64,000 nucleotides of DNA from a virus, in IMG/VR virus record IMGVR_UViG_3300032180_000001, positions 120,981-184,980 of that record; one strand, written 5' to 3'. Each line of letters starts with the position of its first letter. Position 1 is the first letter of the stretch. The translations under genes and the position numbers were made by a program. Shown here piece after piece: positions 47,140-55,327 of the stretch. The notes under the pieces are model-generated. The model searched no databases. It saw only the letters and a program-made list of their open reading frames with translations, and was not told the DNA's origin.

Positions 47140-47679
47140 TTACGCCGCAGGAAGCGTGAACGTACCCGTCACCGTGAAGGTGGTCAACGCGCTACCGGGA
47201 ACCGGGTTGACGTTCTGCGAATTATCGCACCCGCGCCCGCCCGTTAGCCGCGGCATGGTAGCGGTGAAAACAACCCAGTACGTCCCCTTCCCGGTGATCC
47301 CCTTGTACGCGCCCGTGCTGCCAGGCACTAGATGGAACGTCCCGGTCTCGGAAAACTTAATCGAGCAGGTTCGAGGATTGAAGATCGTTCCCGGGCTGCG
47401 GGTCTGCTTGTGGTAAACGCGGAGACCGCCCTTGCTGAGCTTCAGCGTGTCGGTACCGGCATTGCTATTGCCGCTGAGGGTGATGCTCCCGGTGTCGGCA
47501 AACAGGCCGCTGGCCTTCAACGGGATCGTCGGGGCGTTCGCCACACTCGTTGTCGTCCCAGTGATGACCTCCGTACCCGTTCGCGGCACTGGCGCCGTCG
47601 AACTGCTGCTCGACGAGCTGGAGCAGGCCGCCAGCCCGGCCGTAGCGAGAACAGCGATTACTGCGAGGATCTTTCTCAC
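47140..47679 (-). CDS. Putative lipoprotein
   Basis: MRKILAVIAVLATAGLAAC followed by a Ser linker. Confidence 0.65.
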   Translation of the reverse strand: MRKILAVIAVLATAGLAACSSSSSSSSTAPVPRTGTEVITGTTTSVANAPTIPLKASGLFADTGSITLSGNSNAGTDTLKLSKGGLRVYHKQTRSPGTIFNPRTCSIKFSETGTFHLVPGSTGAYKGITGKGTYWVVFTATMPRLTGGRGCDNSQNVNPVPGSALTTFTVTGTFTLPAA

Positions 47680-48914
47680 GTTGTCACCTTCCAGGTGAAC
47701 GTTGCGGTGGCGTGCACCGTGGTAACCGCTTCGGTTCCGGTGACGTGGACGGTATAAGTAGCAATATGCGTGGGTGTGCCGGTGATCTTGCCTGTAGAAC
47801 TGATGTGCAGTCCAGCCGGAAGTCCGCTGGCAGTAAAGCTAACCGATCGGTGGACAGTAACTGGCGAGGTGCAGGCGCTACCGAAAGGCTCAGTGCAGTA
47901 GACGGTCGTCGCCGAAGCATGAATCTGCAGGCTAACCGCGTGATTAACACGAGTCGTCTGAGTACCTGGGCTCGGCACGAACACCCCATCCGACAGGGCA
48001 CACGCGCTGCCGACATTACTCCACTCAGGCTGCTCAACGTACTTGCTGCTGCCAATGCTCTGGGTGAAGACACCCGACCATGCGCACTTGTCGCCATTCT
48101 CGAAACCGGCCGCATCCCACCATGCGCTCAGCTGCGGGTCGTTGACCGATTCCGCGAACTCGTGACCGCCGACAATCGACCAGCCCTGAAGCGCCGGAGA
48201 CGGGCCGGACGGAAGGAAGTCCGCCCCGCAATTGCCGCCCTGATCAGGCATGTACGGCTCGTTGGTGTAGGACAACTCAAGTGAGCCATCACTAGCCCAG
48301 CTATGCCAGGCGCAGTAGGAAGAGCCGAAGCCGCCACCAGGATTAGTGCCGGACGGGCTGACCACGATAATCTGGGTGTTGGCGTTGATCAGCTGCCCAT
48401 GTGCCTTGAAGTAGTTAGCGTAGGCGACGGCGACCGCAGCGAGCTGTGCCTGCGTCGCGCTGGCGGGCGGGTTACTGCAGTCCGCGACCGCACCGTAAAG
48501 AACCTTGCCGCTGAACTCCGAACGCTGACCCGGAACACCGTGATACTGAGTCATGGTGTTTGACAGCAGATCCGGACCAGTACCCCGGGCATTGAAGAAG
48601 TTGATCAGGTAATTCTCGTCAGCCAGCCCGTGACCTTGCTGACCAACGCACGCGGAATGCCACCACTTACCCCAGAAGACGAGGTAGACGCGCGGGGTAG
48701 TCTGAACCGGCCCGCCGTGATAGGCGAGGTTGCCGCTGCCGAGCTTCCCGAGGGTAGCAAGCGACGCGGCACCGCCCTTCGTTGGAAGATAGTTGATCGG
48801 AGAAGTAGCCGTCGGTGGTGCACTGCGGCGCATGGCGCTAGCAGCCCCGGCGGGGATAGCCATCGTCATCGCTACGGCTGCGATTGAGATGAGAGCCAGG
48901 ATGATCTTTTTCAC
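47676..48914 (-). CDS. Secreted protein with YHGG...ENGDKCAW domain and C-terminal putative Ig domain
   Basis: Signal peptide; FTASGLPAGLHISSTGKITGTP. Confidence 0.65.
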   Translation of the reverse strand: MKKIILALISIAAVAMTMAIPAGAASAMRRSAPPTATSPINYLPTKGGAASLATLGKLGSGNLAYHGGPVQTTPRVYLVFWGKWWHSACVGQQGHGLADENYLINFFNARGTGPDLLSNTMTQYHGVPGQRSEFSGKVLYGAVADCSNPPASATQAQLAAVAVAYANYFKAHGQLINANTQIIVVSPSGTNPGGGFGSSYCAWHSWASDGSLELSYTNEPYMPDQGGNCGADFLPSGPSPALQGWSIVGGHEFAESVNDPQLSAWWDAAGFENGDKCAWSGVFTQSIGSSKYVEQPEWSNVGSACALSDGVFVPSPGTQTTRVNHAVSLQIHASATTVYCTEPFGSACTSPVTVHRSVSFTASGLPAGLHISSTGKITGTPTHIATYTVHVTGTEAVTTVHATATFTWKVTT

Positions 48915-48972
48915 TCTTGTCCTTTCGAGTACTTTCTGTCCCTAAGGGGACCACGTACCCCACCACGATACC

Positions 48973-49155
48973 CTACCTTGACCGTCGCGGGTAGCGCCTC
49001 GCCCGACGACCGCATGAACACCGGGAAATTTCCTCGACAGTGACGCCGTTCCAGCGATTTTCCAGCCAGAACATCTCCCGGTGACGGCGGAGCGCACACG
49101 ACGGCCACAGTAGCCAGCGGCGCAGCTCCCAGTTGTCAAGCAGGACGCCCTTCAC
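48973..49155 (-). CDS. Hypothetical protein
   Basis: 60 aa, coupled. Confidence 0.35.
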   Translation of the reverse strand: MKGVLLDNWELRRWLLWPSCALRRHREMFWLENRWNGVTVEEISRCSCGRRARRYPRRSR

Positions 49156-49385
49156 CCGAAGTCTTCCCGCTCATCGGGCTCCAGAGCACACCCGCAAACG
49201 TAAGCAATCAACTGTTTGCTGACACCGACCTCCCGGGCCAGCCGGCCGAAGGTCCAGCGCTTCGGATCTTCCTGGCGAAGCTGGCGGATGATGATATCAC
49301 GCAGGTAGCGGCGGCGGTGGGCCTGATCATCCAGGTCCGCTGCCGCCGCGTGGTGCTCCCTCGCCTGCGCTATCCGGACATCCAC
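49152..49385 (-). CDS. Small HTH DNA-binding protein
   Basis: WTFGRLAREVGVSKQLIAYV. Confidence 0.55.
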   Translation of the reverse strand: MDVRIAQAREHHAAAADLDDQAHRRRYLRDIIIRQLRQEDPKRWTFGRLAREVGVSKQLIAYVCGCALEPDEREDFG

Positions 49386-49409
49386 GGCCGACTACCTGCC
49401 TGCACCTGT

Positions 49410-51011
49410 TCAGATATCTCCTCGCGCGTGATCTGCAAGCAGGGTCGGAATAGCTGAGTCAAAACCCGAGACATCGAGTTCTCGTCCATCCTCGGGACGA
49501 GCGATGCTGAACTCAGTCGGCGAGATCGCGATGACCTGAAGCCGGGCGTCGATGCCCATCTTCTGCCGGTACTCTTCCAGAGCCTGATGCGGGTGAATCG
49601 GACCGTACCAGGTCTCCCCATCCGTCCACACTCTGAAAACATCCGCTTGCACTCGGTGACGAGTCGCCCAGGTCATCGGCGCCGCGCAGTCAGTGGATCC
49701 GCCCCAGACGCTCATGATCTTGGCGATAACGGCGTCAAGGCGCATCCGCGGCGACAGGTCGATCGGAAGCAGTTCGGTGCTGAAGGTGAACATGCCGGAA
49801 TACGGCTCGGTCTTCTGGGTGACCATGGCCATGGCAGCGACCGCCTCGACGGCGGTGAACGGGTACCCGGCAATCGCCCAGCCCATCGAGCCAGACGTGT
49901 CGGTGGCGTTGACGATCCGCTTTCCGGACGGCTCAACCGAACCGTAGGCCGCGTAGAATCCCGCATCGCAGGCGTCGGTGATGACCGGAACCGGGGTCCA
50001 GGTGCCGCCCCTGCCGCGCATCGGACGGCCGGCCGCGTATGCCTTCAAGGTGAGCAGCATCTCAACAGGATGGATGCGAGCCTTCGCCAGTCCGGCCGAG
50101 TCGGCGATCCTGGTGGCGACGTCGCTGGTCAGGCTGTCCATCGGGGCGAGCACGCCGAGCCGGGTCAGCTTGGCCAGGTTGCGAGTCAGCGCGCCCAGCG
50201 GAACGTTGCCGTTCGCGATCAGCGCCCGCCATACGTCAGCGTTCCCCGTTGCCTCGGACGGCAGCATCTCGTGCGACAGGGAGCGACAGCCCTCGATGAT
50301 CGAAACCCACTCGCTGACGTCCTGGGTGGCGTGCGCAGCTGCAGCAGCCTGGACAACCGGAATCCCGGCCAGCTCATCGCCGAGAACGCCCTTAGCGATG
50401 TAATTCCACAGAGCCTGCTGCCGCGTGTTGCCGTGGTGCTGGACGTGCGCGAGCCGGATCAGGTCACGCTGCGCCCACTTATCCCGCTGCTTGTACTTGA
50501 GCACCTGGTAGGCGGCACCCTCAGTGCTCTGGCCGGTGTACCAGTTACGGACGCCCTTGATAAGCTGCGGACCCCAGCCGCGGAACATCTCCGCGTACAG
50601 CGCGTACTTCAGGATGTGACCGCCGGTGCGCGCGACCTGCGGCAGTGCCCACAGGGCATGAGCGCGAGCCTCAGTGCTGCCCAGGCCGGATGCCGCCGCG
50701 AGAGCGAAGAGCGCTGGGTCGTTGCACGGTGCCCGGCCCGCCTGGCTGATCGCTACCGCATCGTTGACGAGTCGCGGATCGGATGCCTTTGCGAGCTTGG
50801 TGACTACCCCGGCATTATCACGGGTGAGATCACGCTCGGTAACGTAGTACGTTCCGCCTTCGACCCCCAATGTCAAAAACCTGTTGAGCCGCGCGTAATC
50901 GTCGATGACGAAGACAAACCCGCCCGCGTTGTTCTTGACCTGGTCCTCACGGGCCGGCTCGGACTGCGGAGTGCGCCTCGGGGTGACATGACGCTCCAGC
51001 GCGCTGCTCAT
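49410..51011 (-). CDS. Ro60/TROVE-domain ribonucleoprotein (Rsr-like) with vWA domain
   Basis: QVKNNAGGFVF, RFLTLGVEGGTYY, KYKQRDKW..RDLIRLAH, ALTRNLAKL, DTSGSM (MIDAS), TDGETW; RBS GAAAGGA before ATG 51011. Confidence 0.9.
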   Translation of the reverse strand: MSSALERHVTPRRTPQSEPAREDQVKNNAGGFVFVIDDYARLNRFLTLGVEGGTYYVTERDLTRDNAGVVTKLAKASDPRLVNDAVAISQAGRAPCNDPALFALAAASGLGSTEARAHALWALPQVARTGGHILKYALYAEMFRGWGPQLIKGVRNWYTGQSTEGAAYQVLKYKQRDKWAQRDLIRLAHVQHHGNTRQQALWNYIAKGVLGDELAGIPVVQAAAAAHATQDVSEWVSIIEGCRSLSHEMLPSEATGNADVWRALIANGNVPLGALTRNLAKLTRLGVLAPMDSLTSDVATRIADSAGLAKARIHPVEMLLTLKAYAAGRPMRGRGGTWTPVPVITDACDAGFYAAYGSVEPSGKRIVNATDTSGSMGWAIAGYPFTAVEAVAAMAMVTQKTEPYSGMFTFSTELLPIDLSPRMRLDAVIAKIMSVWGGSTDCAAPMTWATRHRVQADVFRVWTDGETWYGPIHPHQALEEYRQKMGIDARLQVIAISPTEFSIARPEDGRELDVSGFDSAIPTLLADHARGDI

Positions 51012-51050
51012 CAGAAAAATCCTTTCTCGTACTGCGATATAAAAGCAGAA

Positions 51051-51124
51051 GCCCTGCGGGCATAAGAACGGCTGACGGATTGCCATGGTTTGAGTGATAA
51101 CCGTCTGCCTCCGGCTCGCAGGGT
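51051..51124 (-). ncRNA. Short Y-RNA-like unit 6 (no tRNA domain)
   Basis: CCCTGCG/CGCAGGG terminal stem, GCGAGCCGG...CGGTTATC motif, GACGG/CCGTC stem. Confidence 0.65.
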
Positions 51125-51129
51125 GCTGC

Positions 51130-51426
51130 TCAGAACTGCGTCTCGGTAAGAGCCTCAACGATGGTGATCTCCGGCGGGCCTTGCGCACCGACTTCCGCGA
51201 TGAATGACTGCAGAGCAGGGTTGGCGAAGAACTGCTGGAACTGCTCCGCGGTCTCCCACTCGTCGACGACCACGACGATGCCGTCGCCGATGCCGAACTG
51301 GTGATGGAGCGCGCCCTGTGACTGGCTTGAATCGGTGATTTCCGTGAACACAGCGGCCCGATCGGTCAGGGCCTGACGGAACACTGCGGTATCACCGGGG
51401 AACTTCATGATGACGAGTACGCTCAT
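51130..51426 (-). CDS. ABM-like dimeric alpha/beta-barrel protein
   Basis: 98 aa; VVVDEWETAEQFQQFF; RBS GAAAGGA. Confidence 0.6.
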   Translation of the reverse strand: MSVLVIMKFPGDTAVFRQALTDRAAVFTEITDSSQSQGALHHQFGIGDGIVVVVDEWETAEQFQQFFANPALQSFIAEVGAQGPPEITIVEALTETQF

Positions 51427-51454
51427 CGGATAAATCCTTTCGTGGCTGACTAAA

Positions 51455-51522
51455 GCCCTGCGGGCGTAAGAACGACTGACGGGTTTCGTCCAAGATAACC
51501 GTCTGCCTCCGGCTCGCAGGGC
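51455..51522 (-). ncRNA. Short Y-RNA-like unit 5 (no tRNA domain)
   Basis: GCCCTGCG/CGCAGGGC stem; 28 nt identical to unit 6. Confidence 0.65.
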
Positions 51523-51540
51523 CTCGGCATGCGTGCGGGT

Positions 51541-51656
51541 ACGGCGGGCGTAAAGCTTCTTCCGGGTGCTCGGCCAATTGAGCATGCAGACCAAACCTTT
51601 CGGATGGACTGCGGAGGAATCGAACCTTCGATAACCGGAGGATTCCGGCTCGCCGC
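51541..51656 (-). ncRNA. YrlA-like Y RNA unit 4 (permuted tRNA-like domain)
   Basis: T arm GGTTCGATTCC, GAAA-capped acceptor hairpin, D arm GCTCAATTGGCCGAGC. Confidence 0.75.
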
Positions 51657-51675
51657 GATGTAGTTGTGTGTAAGT

Positions 51676-51789
51676 GCGGCGGGCATATGTCGTATCCGGA
51701 AGTGGAGAAGCCGCACTCCCTAACCCTTGCAGGCCGGGGGATTCGAACCCCATATCCCATCAGATAACCGGACGCGTCCGGCTCGCCGC
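51676..51789 (-). ncRNA. YrlA-like Y RNA unit 3
   Basis: T arm GGGGTTCGAATCCCC, GCAA hairpin, degenerate D arm, GCGGCG/CGCCGC terminal stem. Confidence 0.7.
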
Positions 51790-51809
51790 GATGTAGTTGT
51801 GTGTTAATC

Positions 51810-51954
51810 AGCATAGCGGGCATAAAATCCGTCCCGGCATATATCATGCTGGTGCTCTATCCATTGAGCTACCCGATCTTACAACCGGAGCGAGGATTCG
51901 AACCTCGCTACCCCCAGCTCCCGCGATAACCAGGTCGATCCGGCTCGCCATGCT
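51810..51954 (-). ncRNA. YrlA-like Y RNA unit 2
   Basis: AGCATGGCG/CGCTATGCT stem; CGAGGTTCGAATCCTCG; closed acceptor; TAGCTCAATGGATAGAGC. Confidence 0.8.
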
Positions 51955-51983
51955 AAGTCCGTGAACACTATGCGGTTGTCAGT

Positions 51984-52117
51984 GACAGCAGGCATAAGTT
52001 CAGTCCCGGCATTTTCGGTGCTCCATCCTGAGCTACCCCGGTCTCCCGGGAGCAGGGACTCCCACCCCGCGTCCACCGGCTTAGAAGGCGATAACCAGGT
52101 CGATCCGGCTTGCTGTC
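51984..52117 (-). ncRNA. YrlA-like Y RNA unit 1 (degenerate T loop)
   Basis: GACAGCA/TGCTGTC stem; GAGA-capped acceptor; TAGCTCAGGATGGAGC D arm. Confidence 0.7.
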
Positions 52118-52124
52118 GTACAGC

Positions 52125-52152
52125 AGCTTACACGGTTCCTGACGGAGCGCAA
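52125..52152 (-). promoter_or_regulatory. Putative promoter of the Y RNA-Ro60 operon
   Basis: TTGCGC-16 nt-TAAGCT; the -10 ends 7 nt before the 5' G of unit 1. Confidence 0.45.
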
Positions 52153-52231
52153 GGGGGATTTTCCCCGCTACAGCCATCGTGTACCGTGAGCATCGCAGAC
52201 GAGCAGACAGGACAAGGAGAAGGGCGAGATC

Positions 52232-52588
52232 ATGCTGGAAGTGAAGAACCTCGGCACACCCGACGACCACCGCGTGTTCCCGAACGGGCAGCTGGATGTC
52301 GTAACCGTGGGCGCGATGACCTTCGGGTTCGCTACCTTCGAGCCCGGTTGGCGCTGGACGCAGTCGCTGCGGTCGATCGTCGGCACGGACACTTGCCAGG
52401 CGGCGCACAACGGATACTGCGCGAGCGGAAGCATGCACATCCTCATGGATGATGGAACAGAATCCGACATCGGGCCAGGCGACGCGTTCGTCATCTCGCC
52501 GGGACATGACGCCTGGGTGACCGGGAACGAGCCATGCATCGCCTACGACTTCTCTGGCTACGCGAACTACGCCAAGCCTCAGGAGTAG
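52232..52588 (+). CDS. Cupin-domain protein (host-like)
   Basis: FEPGWRW...CQAAHNGYC.SG...ISPGHDAWV. Confidence 0.8.
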   Translation: MLEVKNLGTPDDHRVFPNGQLDVVTVGAMTFGFATFEPGWRWTQSLRSIVGTDTCQAAHNGYCASGSMHILMDDGTESDIGPGDAFVISPGHDAWVTGNEPCIAYDFSGYANYAKPQE

Positions 52589-52600
52589 TCCTCGCACAGC

Positions 52601-52632
52601 GAAGGCCCCCGACGTTCTCGTCAGGGGCCTTC
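52601..52632. terminator. Hairpin between convergent genes (bidirectional terminator candidate)
   Basis: GAAGGCCCC...GGGGCCTTC. Confidence 0.6.
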
Positions 52633-52643
52633 ATCTTGCCCGG

Positions 52644-53180
52644 CTAGGCCGACGGCGGCACCGCCGTGTGGCTCTCAACATAGGCACGAACCACGGAGTA
52701 GAGAGCCCGCTGGCCCGCCACGATCGCCGCAGCCAGTCCGATGAAAGCACCAAAGCCCCAGCCGATGGAGAGTCCTGGTATCCCCGAGTCCGGCTTGTCG
52801 AAAAACGCGATCAGCACGAGAAGCAGCTGAACGGCGGTCCCGATGGCGAGCAGGTTCCCGTGCGCAGCAGGAGAGATCAGCCGGCCCCAGGCCGTGGTTG
52901 CCACTAGGTAACCGATCAGCGCGAGCGCGACAAGGAACTCGACCCACATCCATCCGTAGTAGGTGGCGTCCGTACTTCCCCCGATCGAGTACCCGAATCC
53001 GCTAATCGAAGCGGTGTACCAGGGCAGGAAAAGCGCGATCAGCGCGACGAGGGACGCCACTCCGACAACCTTGTCGACGTTGGTCAGCCGACTCAGATCG
53101 AAACTGACCGGGGCCTGGCTCACCGAACGCGGCGCTGGTTCTGGTGCCGGTGTCCCGTTGTCCTTATTTTCTATGGGCAT
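52644..53180 (-). CDS. Four-helix membrane protein (host-like)
   Basis: LFLPWY...GWGFGAFIGL. Confidence 0.6.
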   Translation of the reverse strand: MPIENKDNGTPAPEPAPRSVSQAPVSFDLSRLTNVDKVVGVASLVALIALFLPWYTASISGFGYSIGGSTDATYYGWMWVEFLVALALIGYLVATTAWGRLISPAAHGNLLAIGTAVQLLLVLIAFFDKPDSGIPGLSIGWGFGAFIGLAAAIVAGQRALYSVVRAYVESHTAVPPSA

Positions 53181-53267
53181 CTTCCGCCTCTTCCTCTTTC
53201 TTTCGTCACATCTTAGACTCTATGATACTACTAGACCAACACTACAGGGAAGGTAGCCGTGCAACAG

Positions 53268-53726
53268 TCACGCATCAGGAAACCATCCGTTCCCAGAAGA
53301 GTAACCGCCGTCACCGTCATCGAAGTTCCGGCAGACCTCCGCGATGAGCAGTTGAGCGATGACGTAAGCTGCTGCCTCGGTGAGATCGACGAGCTGCTCG
53401 CTGACAACTAGGCACCGCCACTCTAACCGTTCGATCCGGTGCGTGGTGTCTGTCAGTCCTTTTGCCAGTCCGGCCCGGTAGTTCTGTTCCAACGCGAGCC
53501 AAAACCGGGCCGGGATGAAAGTCCCCATAGCGAGACAGTCCGCGTGCGACTTAAGCAGGGGCTTCCGATCCAGAACTTCACGGATCAGCGTGACCGCGTA
53601 CTGCTTGTTCTCCCTGCCCACGCAGGCAACGGCGAGCACATCCACGGACAAGCCGTTCTCCTGCATCCAGTCGTCCAGCGTCGCGGCCGGGGCGATCGTC
53701 CAATCCGGATCGAAGGGGATTGTCAT
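53268..53726 (-). CDS. HigA-like XRE/HTH protein
   Basis: APAATLDDWM...A..LAMGTFIPARFWLALEQNYR. Confidence 0.55.
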   Translation of the reverse strand: MTIPFDPDWTIAPAATLDDWMQENGLSVDVLAVACVGRENKQYAVTLIREVLDRKPLLKSHADCLAMGTFIPARFWLALEQNYRAGLAKGLTDTTHRIERLEWRCLVVSEQLVDLTEAAAYVIAQLLIAEVCRNFDDGDGGYSSGNGWFPDA

Positions 53727-54211
53727 AACAGCGCCGCCGACTCGATCATCCCTTGGTACGGAGGCGTGACGCAGTGCCACTCACGGAGCTTCCCGACCCG
53801 TTTTGCAAATCGCAATGTTTGCCAGGTCCCGCTCCGCAGCGACTGCGGATCCTCCTCGGAATAGGCAGGAAAGCCGAACACCATCGTGCTCTCGTCGACG
53901 ATACGCCGATTCCGGTCGGCATACGTGGTGCCCGGCGGCATCTCAATCACCGTGATCCTACGCAGCCCTGTCGGAACAGCTCCCCACCAGGGATCCACCC
54001 GACTACGGTCTGCCGGAACAACGATCACATGCTCAGCAGTATCCCGATGATAACAAAGCCACTTGCCGATAAAGGCGTCCCCGCCGATGCAGGCACCCGT
54101 AATGTAACGATCGGCATCCGGAACCCGGGCAGTCAGCACGTTAGTCACCACGCCGTTCCGCGCCTCGGCGGACAGCTCCCGTGAAGCACTAAAGCCAACG
54201 CTGGTGATCAC
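53723..54211 (-). CDS. SLOG-superfamily (DprA/YspA-like) protein
   Basis: TGACIGGDAF, YADRNRRIVD, RSGTWQTLRFA. Confidence 0.6.
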   Translation of the reverse strand: MITSVGFSASRELSAEARNGVVTNVLTARVPDADRYITGACIGGDAFIGKWLCYHRDTAEHVIVVPADRSRVDPWWGAVPTGLRRITVIEMPPGTTYADRNRRIVDESTMVFGFPAYSEEDPQSLRSGTWQTLRFAKRVGKLREWHCVTPPYQGMIESAALL

Positions 54212-54450
54212 AGATACGGCCCATCTTGGGGAGGCTCGCCGTTGAGAATCCTGTCGACTTCTGCCTCGACCAGTGCGGACGTCCAGTTGTAGTGATCATC
54301 GATCACGTAGGTACGAAGGATCTGCCGTTCGATCCGCTCATCCGACCAGTCCGGGTTCCGCTCGCGCAGCCACCGAGCACAGTCCCTGTCCGCAGCGGGA
54401 TTCCGGCCCTCGGCATTCCTACGCTTATCAGCGCCTGCTCTTGCTCTCAT
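54208..54450 (-). CDS. Hypothetical protein
   Basis: 80 aa, coupled. Confidence 0.4.
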   Translation of the reverse strand: MRARAGADKRRNAEGRNPAADRDCARWLRERNPDWSDERIERQILRTYVIDDHYNWTSALVEAEVDRILNGEPPQDGPYL

Positions 54451-54800
54451 TATTCTTCTTCCTCTTTTGACAGGATAACTTCGGTAAACCCGCCCAGCCG
54501 GGCCATGACCCGAATAAAGTTGTTTTTATACCCGTAAGTGTCATAAAACCAGCGACACAAAGCCCCGCCAACCTCCCGGTGAACGCCATAGGAAAGCGTT
54601 TCGTGGCAGATGATCCCCTGACTGCCTTCCTGCATCCCGTCTCGCACCATCTGCCGGAGCCGTCCTGACTGCAAATACATCGAATTCCCTGGTCGGCCGA
54701 TGCACGTTGGGCATTGCTCGGACAGTACCCGCGGCCTGGATTCCCCGCGAACGAAGCATGATTCCCTGCTTGGCGGTTCGTCTCCGTCGTCATAGCTCAT
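54450..54800 (-). CDS. Cys-containing hypothetical protein
   Basis: CPTC...ICH...LC pattern. Confidence 0.5.
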   Translation of the reverse strand: MSYDDGDEPPSRESCFVRGESRPRVLSEQCPTCIGRPGNSMYLQSGRLRQMVRDGMQEGSQGIICHETLSYGVHREVGGALCRWFYDTYGYKNNFIRVMARLGGFTEVILSKEEEE

Positions 54801-55144
54801 CTATATTACCCCCGTAATTCTCAGAACAATCACAATTATCGCAAGGATGCAGCCGATAGCCGCTTCCAGGTCGTCACGCCAGACCGGCTCGGTGACCGTC
54901 CGCTCACACTCGGAGCACCAGAACTGGTAGCGTGCGAGCCAGAGGCGTTTCCATGACCGGTACGGAACGATCATAAGCACATGGCTCTCACAGTACTGCT
55001 TCGATCTCATCCCGCCGATCCTTCCCCGCAAGGCGCTCTGGTCATTCTACCCTCTGCGGAGCACTTCAGCTACACATCTGCCCGTTTGACGAACAGCATC
55101 TTACGGTATAGAACAGGCAGACCACCCGCGGCCTGGAGGAGCGC

Positions 55145-55327
55145 ATGTCTGATCTCGCTGTTTCCCTCACTGTCACCGGCCTGCACGGAACGCTGATCCT
55201 GATCGCCGTCATCCTGATCGCGATCGGGGCCATCATCACCGTGTTCGTGAATCCGCGAACCCCCTGGGCGACGTTCGTAGCGCTCGGCCTGTGCCTTGCT
55301 ACCCTGGCGTTGCTGATCACCGGCTAA
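55145..55327 (+). CDS. Small membrane protein
   Basis: 60 aa, two hydrophobic helices, RBS GGAGG. Confidence 0.55.
   Translation: MSDLAVSLTVTGLHGTLILIAVILIAIGAIITVFVNPRTPWATFVALGLCLATLALLITG

Noticed and set aside
49587-51065. 492-aa plus-strand ORF
   Set aside because: It lies fully antisense to the Ro60 gene; a typical high-GC shadow frame.
51541-52117. Canonical tRNA genes (T-loop and D-loop motifs present)
   Set aside because: The arms are in permuted order (T before D), the acceptor stem is closed by a loop, and there is no anticodon loop or CCA end; this fits YrlA-type RNA instead.
51051-52117. CRISPR array
   Set aside because: The repeats are degenerate, irregularly spaced and pair with distal sequence in each unit; there are no cas genes in the window.
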